Source: Tubiluchus corallicola
Lineage: Eukaryota; Animalia; Priapulida
Length of the DNA: 64,000 nucleotides
Assembly: GCA_030141605.1 (NCBI GenBank)
Contig: JAQGDQ010000363.1
Span: 170,984 to 234,983, forward strand
Direction of reading: 5' to 3'
Shown here: piece by piece, positions 56,416 to 64,000 of the stretch
Position numbering within the stretch: the first letter of the stretch is position 1
Layout: each line of letters opens with the position of its first letter
Position numbers and translations under genes: made by a program
The notes under the pieces: model-generated
What the model was told of the DNA's origin: nothing
Database searches by the model: none
The model's input: only the letters and a program-made list of their open reading frames with translations

Positions 56416-57934
56416 CTGAAAAACAAGAAACTGTTTATATTGTGTTTGTTAATGAGGTTAAGAAATGTAAATATAATTATAGACTAACGATTAAATAATA
56501 TATCATAAGCACAGGAAGAACTAATCAGAATGAGAAACCAGCCACCAGAACATGTCTTTTGTCTCTGTATACTGCAGAATTTTGTTTCCTTACTTGTCAC
56601 AATAGAATAACACGATAATATAGTATGCTCCTTGTTTTATGTGGATAATAATAATAATAATAATCTTTATTTAAAGTCGGCTTTTGGGTCAACAATTAAC
56701 ATTAGCTCAAAGAGCTGTTATCGCCGACTGTAAATAACAACCTACAACTACATAACAGAGATGGATGTACTTGGATTTCTATCTAGTAGAAATAACGAAA
56801 TACAGTACACCATTATGCGTGTTGCCGAACTACTTTATTCACAATAGAATAACATGATAATATAGCATGCTCCTTTCAATTAAATAAAGCAGAGATTACA
56901 CTTTTGCACGTCTTTATTAAGAGTTTTGTTGTCAGTAGTTGTACTTGCTCTCAAGTCTTCATCACGACTTAACAGTGGAAAAATAGATGTGTGTATGATA
57001 TAACCCTGAAGATGTTTTTACAAATATTGACTATTCAAATCTGAAAGGAAACTGGGAACTACAATAAAGAAGAGAATAGCAGTAAGGTAACTAAAGGACG
57101 ATCTGAAAAATTTACTACAAAATTTCGATTATTGTGAGAAAACAATATACGAGGATAAAATTGAATAAATATAAAACTGTTTTGCAGTGAACAATATTTT
57201 TAAAAGTGTTCACAAGCTAAAATTTTAAACTTTAAATTTCAAAAGTTAAAATTTTAAATAGTGAACATTTTTAAAATTATGGTGCATAACAAAATGTTTT
57301 CGCATTTATTAAATTTTTAACCTTTCTCATCTTACAGCAGAGACAATTTTATAAACTATTCAAATCATTTTGATGATCAGGGGGATGAGCATTCTCTACC
57401 AGAAAGCAAATTCCAATCAAATCGAATTTAAGACTTTTTAACTCAAGCCAAACCAAACTTCAGCATTTTCGAATGCGAATCAAACTGACTTTCAAAGATT
57501 TTGAATCACTAATATAAAAGCGGTCTCACAAAATCACAAAGATCAAGCGCATGGCTTGATTTCGTTCCACAGAAAAACACGAATAATTTGTTTAAAAATT
57601 ATGCACAAAAATCGTAGCTAAATTGTGCTTATTGTATGTTGGTTCAAAAGTTTTTGTGATAATGTATGTGAATATGCTGAATTATAAACGTAATGTAGGT
57701 AAAGTGCTGAATTATTGGAAAGTATAATTTTACGTGCGAATTGAATTCGATGATCCACCCCTACTAATAATGAGTTGAAAACAATTCGAAATATTCTTAA
57801 TGAAAACTTGCAAAAGAGCAACACCTGTTTTTGCTGCTTTATTTGCTGAGACCAAATCAAAAACCACGGAAAAGAACAAATGAATGTGTTACAAATACGG
57901 TATCAGAGCTTGATCACAAATCTATCTGCAAAAT

Positions 57935-58297
57935 TGTTGTGTTTTGTTTCTCTAGGAAGGCTCGTAGAGAAAACCAGAAAACACGCCATCAAATTAAACT
58001 AGTTTATTAAGCGAGAATTCTACAACACAAAAGTATGAAATGATTACAGTAAACGTGAAAATCTGGAAAATGTTTAAGTGTATCTGAAAAAGTAAATATA
58101 CAAGAGAATGTGTAAGTATACGTCCGTGCGAAATCTGTGTGCTCCCGTCTCAGCTGCCTGCTTCGCCTTATATAGCGCGCTGAAGAAGCTTCCAGAAGTA
58201 ATGTTCCAGAACATTCCCGACGGTAAGACGATCATTCCAACAGAACATTCTACAATGTTCTATGTAATTCTAATAGATGCCAGCGATCTCCACAACA
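57935..58297 (-). mobile_element. Solo LTR, copy 1
   Basis: TGTTGTG...CACAACA termini, 5-bp TSD AAAAT, diverged reverse complement of 61152-61511. Confidence 0.88.
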
Positions 58298-58619
58298 AAA
58301 ATATCTGTCTATAACTCACATTTATAAGTTAATTGTTCAAGCAGTTTTGGTGGAATAAAAAATGTGAATAGAGCAATAACTATCAGTAAGAAAAAAAGCT
58401 TACAAGAGTAGACCCACATGCAGAATAGTATGTAATTTCATGTATACTGTAACTACAACAAATGCTATAGAAATTGTACAGCTAGCGAAAAAATAGCAAT
58501 GAAAAATTCACAAGAAAATCATATTAAAAATATTTGATTACCTTGTGAAATTACATTCTGTAGAAAGTTTATTTTAATCTGCTTCAAGAGCAAACTTACT
58601 TACCCACTCACTAACTTAC

Positions 58620-58699
58620 CCACTCTAGAACAGCTTGTCCTACACCTTCAATGATGTGAGTTTTCTCGTCCCGTAAGTTTTGTAGCTTTTCTAGCAATT
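58620..58699 (-). CDS. ARHGEF3/NET1: RhoGEF exon, DH domain
   Basis: tttacag / TGG|gtaagt, 80 nt, phase 1-0. ELLEKLQNLRDEKTHIIEGVGQAVLEW. Confidence 0.92.
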
Positions 58700-58944
58700 C
58701 TGTAAATGAATCAGCAGTAAAACCCATTTATTATAATTTAGAAAAATATATGTAAAATAAAGAGAAAAGATGTCAATTTAAAAAACAAAGTGAAAGTGTA
58801 CACATCAAAAAAATACTAAAAGTATGAAAATGAGTCATTGCACTAACTATTTTGATATACATGTATCCTATAACTGATAGCACATGTGTAGTGTATCAAC
58901 TAAATCTGTGTCCTGATTTTAACACAAATAAAAGCCATAGTTAC

Positions 58945-59104
58945 CAGCGTGTAAAGGCAGAAGAGTCTCTAAGCGACCAAAGATACAAGTAAGCTCCTCT
59001 TCTGACATAATCTTCAACTGTCGCATGGAATCGTGGTACGTTGTCTTTGCGAGTTTGAGGTCTTCTAGTAAGTCTTCTTCCCCCTGGCATAGCTCGAATA
59101 TGGC
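58945..59104 (-). CDS. ARHGEF3/NET1: RhoGEF exon, start of DH domain
   Basis: ttatag / G|gtaac, 160 nt, phase 0-1. AIFELCQGEEDLLEDLKLAKTTYHDSMRQLKIMSEEELTCIFGRLETLLPLHA (a different frame from the ORF-track call). Confidence 0.95.
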
Positions 59105-59119
59105 CTATAAGAATCCAAT

Positions 59120-59320
59120 AAGATGTTAGTAGTATAGTAAGCATATATCTGTGTCAGTATAAGTAGCATAGTAAACACTTCTTTGTGTCAGAATAAGTAG
59201 AATAGTCAACACTTCTCTATGTTAATAAAAGTAGTATAATCAACACATCTTTGGTGTCAGTAGGAGTAGAATAGTCAACACTTCTCTATGTTAGTACAAG
59301 TAGTATAGTCAGCACATCAT
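59120..59320. repeat. Diverged ~36-bp tandem repeat next to a RhoGEF acceptor
   Basis: Recurring agtag.atagt.a.cac.tct units. Confidence 0.75.
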
Positions 59321-59509
59321 TGCGTCAATCCAGAAATTTATTTCATTGGCATGATTTCACAAGCCAAACTAGAACACGAGATAAAAAAATATACTATCCA
59401 TACACCAAAACCATAATCTCATTATAAAGAACAGAAACACTACTTGTTTTAATAGACAGGCACAAACCAACGCATGACTCATATCTAGTTAGGAAAAGGC
59501 TACACTGGC

Positions 59510-59710
59510 TGTTATGCAAGGTATACATGTTATGCATGTTACAATGTTACATGTCATGCAAACTACGATGCTACATGCTACATTACGCATGCTGCGATGC
59601 TACATTATAGATGTTACGATGCTACATGTTATGCACGTTGCAACACTACATGTTATGCAAGCTACAATGCAACATATTGTGCATGTTACAATGATATAAG
59701 CTATGTATGC
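59510..59710. repeat. Degenerate ATGTTAC/ATGCTAC low-complexity array
   Basis: Direct reading. Confidence 0.75.
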
Positions 59711-60599
59711 TAGTAAGTAAGTCATTTATTTATCACCTTTTACACTAAATACAGGACATATAACAACAACATAATTTAGTATGGAGGGTATTACGACTGA
59801 TATGACAATATATTTTACAAACTGTATAAAAAAAGATTAAGCAGCTTATGACCAATAATAGACCTCTAGAAAATGTGCCAGAAAGCCTACACTATTATAT
59901 AAGTTAACTTATAAAATAGCAGCAAACCGCAAAACACAGAAAAAGCAATTCAGTGTTCCGTGGAGGCAATGGATACACCTTAATCTTTTGAACAAGTACT
60001 TGCATCTGGCTTTTAATATACAGCCATTGCAGCACACTGTAGTATAGTCAATTATCTCTTAATTTCTAATTGGGCCTATTGCCTAATGAAGATTACTGCC
60101 AGTGTTAAACAATAACACAGTGATGTAGCTGGCATAGTTTATACACTAATAAAATCTTAGTGCAAGATGTACGCAGGCTCGAGCAGCTGTTTCCCAAAAA
60201 ACGGTGATTTAGCAGTTTGCATGGTCACTGATGGCTAGCATACAAAGCACACAAAGATAGGCTTATGCAAAGCTTGTGGGCGAAATCTCGCAGGCCAACT
60301 TCACCAGTTATAATTAATTATAAACTTCGAGCATAGTATTACTTGCTTCCACTAACACTATAATATAATATACACTAATACACAGTCCTAGCCTCTCAAC
60401 AAGATTATTAAATTATTAGTAACAAGATTGTTAAATGAGTAAATTATCTGAGTTGCTGATGTTCAAGTGATTGGTGAAAGGGTGGCGAAAAACTAAGTTA
60501 CCAAAGTCAACCACCATGCTATGGCACTACATGTTATGCATGTTACGACTCTAAATGTTATACCGGCTATGACGTACTAAACTAAATGTGCTACTTTAC

Positions 60600-60794
60600 C
60601 TCTTGTCGTTTTACTTGCTTTAAGGTCAAGTTTACATCAGCCCCTTGGACCGTGTCTGTCCACAGCTTGCTTGGGCGGCGTTTAGTGGGCGTGGCTGCCG
60701 GTTTTCTGTATGGTGAGCAAGGCTGAGGTTTGACGTACGCTGCCGAATGTTCAGGCAAGGCATTCTGATTCAGATTTCTCAAACTTAGAGATTT
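60600..60794 (-). CDS. ARHGEF3/NET1: NET1/ARHGEF3-like RhoGEF exon (pre-DH region)
   Basis: ctgtttag / GAG|gtaaag, 195 nt, phase 0-0. KSLSLRN...TPTKRRPSKLWTDTV...LTLKQVKRQE. Confidence 0.92.
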
Positions 60795-61151
60795 CTAAAC
60801 AGAGAAAACACCCAGAAAACATCAATACTGCAAAATTAAAACGCAAATCAAATAATTTGATATGCATTTTATGAAAATGTTAATACTGATTAAATCAACG
60901 TTTCAAATTTGAAGTATGAAAGGGTTGTGATGCCTGAATGCTTAGGGCATGCAAGCGAATTATGATAAAAAATTTTATAAATCAATTTGTAGAAATTACA
61001 ATACTAGTACGTAGCTGTTGATTGATTTGAGATGTGCCCGTTTTGAAGACTTTTCAAATACATATCAATTTGTTTTGATAGTGTAAACAGTATTTTTGAA
61101 AGAATGCCACGTTAAAACTGTCTCTATTAACTCGAATTTATGTAACGTGTA

Positions 61152-61511
61152 TGTTGTGGAGATCGATGGCATCAAGCAGAATTGCATAAAACACCGTAGA
61201 ATGTTCCTCCGCCGATGACCGCCTTAGCGTCTGGATTGTTCTCGAACATTTCTTCGAGAAGTTTCTCCAGTGCGCTATATAACGCGAAGCAGGCTGCCGA
61301 CACGGGAGGGCAGATCGCACACAGATCTAACACGGACTTATACTTACACTTTTATAATTATATAAACATTTTCCAGATTTTCACGTTTATTGTAATCATT
61401 TCAAAGTTCCTTCATCTTTGTGTAAGAATTCTCGCTCAATAAAGCAATAACATTTAACGGCGTGTTTTCTGGTTTTCTCTACGAGCCTTCCGAGAGAAAC
61501 AAAACACAACA
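61152..61511 (+). mobile_element. Solo LTR, copy 2
   Basis: TGTTGTG...CACAACA termini, 5-bp TSD GTGTA, internal TATATAA (~61276) and AATAAA (~61438). Confidence 0.92.
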
Positions 61512-62342
61512 GTGTAGAAATAGCATGATATAGCTGAAACGCTTTATCCTAAACAAGTGCTTTCAGTTTGGTTTACAAAATTTGACAGAAATTCCACTAT
61601 TCATACGTTACATACAATTATATCTAGCAGCAACTAGTACTTAATATTTTTAAATTAACAAAACACTACAACAAGAAATTCTTAGTGAAAACAATATGCT
61701 TGCTTAATAAAAACATTCCACTATAAAGGAAAGACTAGCAGTGTTTTTTGTTTTTCCTTACTGAAAGAAGTTTTGCTTTAAAGTTTGCACCTAAAATGAA
61801 AAATTTAGAAAGATGCTGTCATTTGCTACCTGTTCGTTCAAATTTACAATCAAAGCAATTAAAGAAGAGGAAACCTTTGCCAGAAGACACATGTAAAAAG
61901 AGTGAGTTTTATTCACCTGTAGCCAAAAGAACTTTACTTTAAAATATAATGAAAATTTCAAACTCTAGTAATATGAATGTGCAAATAAATGTATTGTTTC
62001 ATTTTTAATTTGTTTTTTAATGAATGTTTATTTCATTATGGCATGCTTTACTAATAAGAGGTACACTATCAAAAAATTTAAATTTAAATGATCTTAGCAT
62101 ATTTTTATCATTTTAATATTTGCAGTTAATAGTGAATGCAATTTTATTAAGGTTTTTTAACTTCAATTTTTTATGCAAATAAAACTTCCTACCCCATCTG
62201 TTTATTGTGTGACTTTTTCTGAATAGCATTGTCATTTTTCTGACTTTTATAGCAAATTGAAATAAATTAACAAAACTTGGATACAAGAAATACAGGCGGT
62301 ATAATCACTAAATAAATGAAGTTATAAATGTATATTTTTCAC

Positions 62343-62435
62343 CTGTAACGTTTTTCCTATCATTTTCACAGGTTTTGCAGGTGAAACCATGTGTGCTAGT
62401 GAAACTACACGAGCCAATGATCGACGTCTTCTGTC
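62343..62435 (-). CDS. ARHGEF3/NET1: NET1/ARHGEF3-like RhoGEF exon
   Basis: tttctag / CAG|gtgaaa, 93 nt, phase 0-0. DRRRRSLARVVSLAHMVSPAKPVKMIGKTLQ resembles the family LxRVxSLA...TLQ motif. Confidence 0.88.
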
Positions 62436-62712
62436 CTAGAAAAATCATGAAAATTTCTGTACTGCTTAATAACATCTCGTGTACAATTAATTAATGAACA
62501 CTGTAGTATTTATGGGTACTTGGTATACCTGAGTGGTAATAATATCTGCCTTGTTAGCACAGTTATGCAACATCCGATCATGAAACAGATGGGCAGCTGT
62601 AGTCCTAAATATTCAGTTGACGCAACCTGATAAGCCATACAAATCTCGGCGGTGTCAAATTGAGTTAAAAATGAACTGGCAAATGCCAACTCTGAGATAG
62701 TTATTTGCATAC

Positions 62713-62832
62713 CTTGCTACTGTTGCCACTGCCATTGCTACTCAATGAATCCAAACTACTCAAACTGCACAGACTTTTGTTGTCGTACTCCTGACTGTTG
62801 TTACTTGCCGCAGATTTACGCCTTTTTCTTTT
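62713..62832 (-). CDS. ARHGEF3/NET1: NET1/ARHGEF3-like RhoGEF, first exon found (basic NLS-like N-terminal region)
   Basis: ttttttcag acceptor, AAG|gtatgc donor, 120 nt, phase 0-0. KRKRRKSAASNNSQEYDNKSLCSLSSLDS resembles the KRKR...SLxSLD N-terminal motif of NET1/ARHGEF3. Confidence 0.85.
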
Positions 62833-64000
62833 CTGAAAAAAATTGATTTTCATGCACAAGCTTTTCTACTTAACATCACAACTCTAAAACCACAAAGATA
62901 TTTAGCATTAAGACTTTGCAGTGGTCTATGCTCACTATTAGTAACCTGTTTAAGTTTTCCGTAGTGGGTACATAACTAATTTAACTAAAAGTGCAAGGCG
63001 TGTAGCTACGCAAATTTAATGAAAATTGCTCAGTTTGATAAGCTTCTTGTTTCAGTTATAGTTAGTGGTTACAGACATGTTTAGATAACTCTATCACATA
63101 GTTCACATATTTATTTCAAAAACTAGATTACAAGTGCGCTGTGATCCGTTTATGCGTTAGTCATTGATATATAGTCAGTCATCATTATTATTAATTCTTT
63201 ATTTAATGCATATAACATTTTAGCCAACAATTATAAGCAGTATTAGTTATTTGTCAAAGTGGTCCATAAAATAAAATAGAAGCGAATGGTGTTGCAGAAA
63301 CACTGTATACACCTACACTGATAGCTTTTAAAAATACAGAGTCATAGAATCCTTTTTAGAAATTACACAGTTTAAAAACAATTTAAATATCACAATTGTA
63401 CAGAATGGGTAAACAAATAATATACTATTAGATATAATCTATAAGCGTCAATAAAATATCTGCAGTAAGAGGCACACATGTTTATCTTAGTTTATCATTT
63501 CTGCCTTCTATCATTTCACCCTTTAGGCGACTTTTTTACATACCATTTGTATTACGTCTAGATTCTTATGCATTGGAGTCATATTAGGTACAGAATCAAT
63601 TTAATAAGTTCAGTTAACTAGCTTCTAGAGTAAACCAGCGTTTACCCTTTCAGTCCCAAATTATTTGTGTAATAAGAAAATTTTTTTTAGGCTTGGTACT
63701 TTTGTTCAGTATGTCCATCTTGTTTACACACAATAATTATTTTTTGTACCTGTGCCCCCGTGCTAAATATAGCCTGTATCCCACGGGATACATTGGGATT
63801 CAATAGAAGTATAAAATGTGCTTCATTTTGCAACTGCTGATAATTTTTTAAAGTATTTAAGACATTTAGTATGCATGCTATGCTGATCTGTACAAAGTCG
63901 TCTCTAAAGTACTGTACCTTGTGCAGTTTTTTATGCTATGTAGATTTTTTAGTTTGCCATTTTATCACCATTTTTAATCATTATAAGTATGGCCATTGGC

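Noticed and set aside
58941-59144. ORF-track calls overlapping RhoGEF exons (58941-59144, 56235-56426)
   Set aside because: Wrong frames; the DH sequence is in another frame bounded by splice sites.

Overview
AT-rich, microsatellite-rich DNA from an animal genome (probably an invertebrate; the taxon cannot be fixed from sequence), with GT-AG introns and no prokaryotic features. All recognisable genes are on the minus strand. In transcription order: (1) a NET1/ARHGEF3-family DH-PH RhoGEF, 11 phase-consistent exons from 62832 to 50144, 5' end not found; (2) an SH3 exon (46503-46730) that joins in perfect phase, via two small exons (39927-39971, 33363-33423), to a three-exon FAM107/DUF1151 module (16601-14333), which also has a candidate short first exon (17491-17509); (3) an intronless TCTEX1D2/DYNLT2B ORF (28353-28757) nested in the same orientation inside that SH3-FAM107 model; (4) an unrecognised ~152-aa type I membrane protein with an RRSR furin site (9842-5497). 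Non-coding DNA holds many short elements with readable termini and target-site duplications (Tc1/mariner-type and hAT MITEs, a tandem Helitron-like pair, two solo LTRs, an internally deleted RTE LINE), several minisatellites, and three inverted repeat pairs that bracket exons. Gene models were assembled by hand from splice signals, reading phase and remembered family motifs; none is confirmed by transcript data or database searches.
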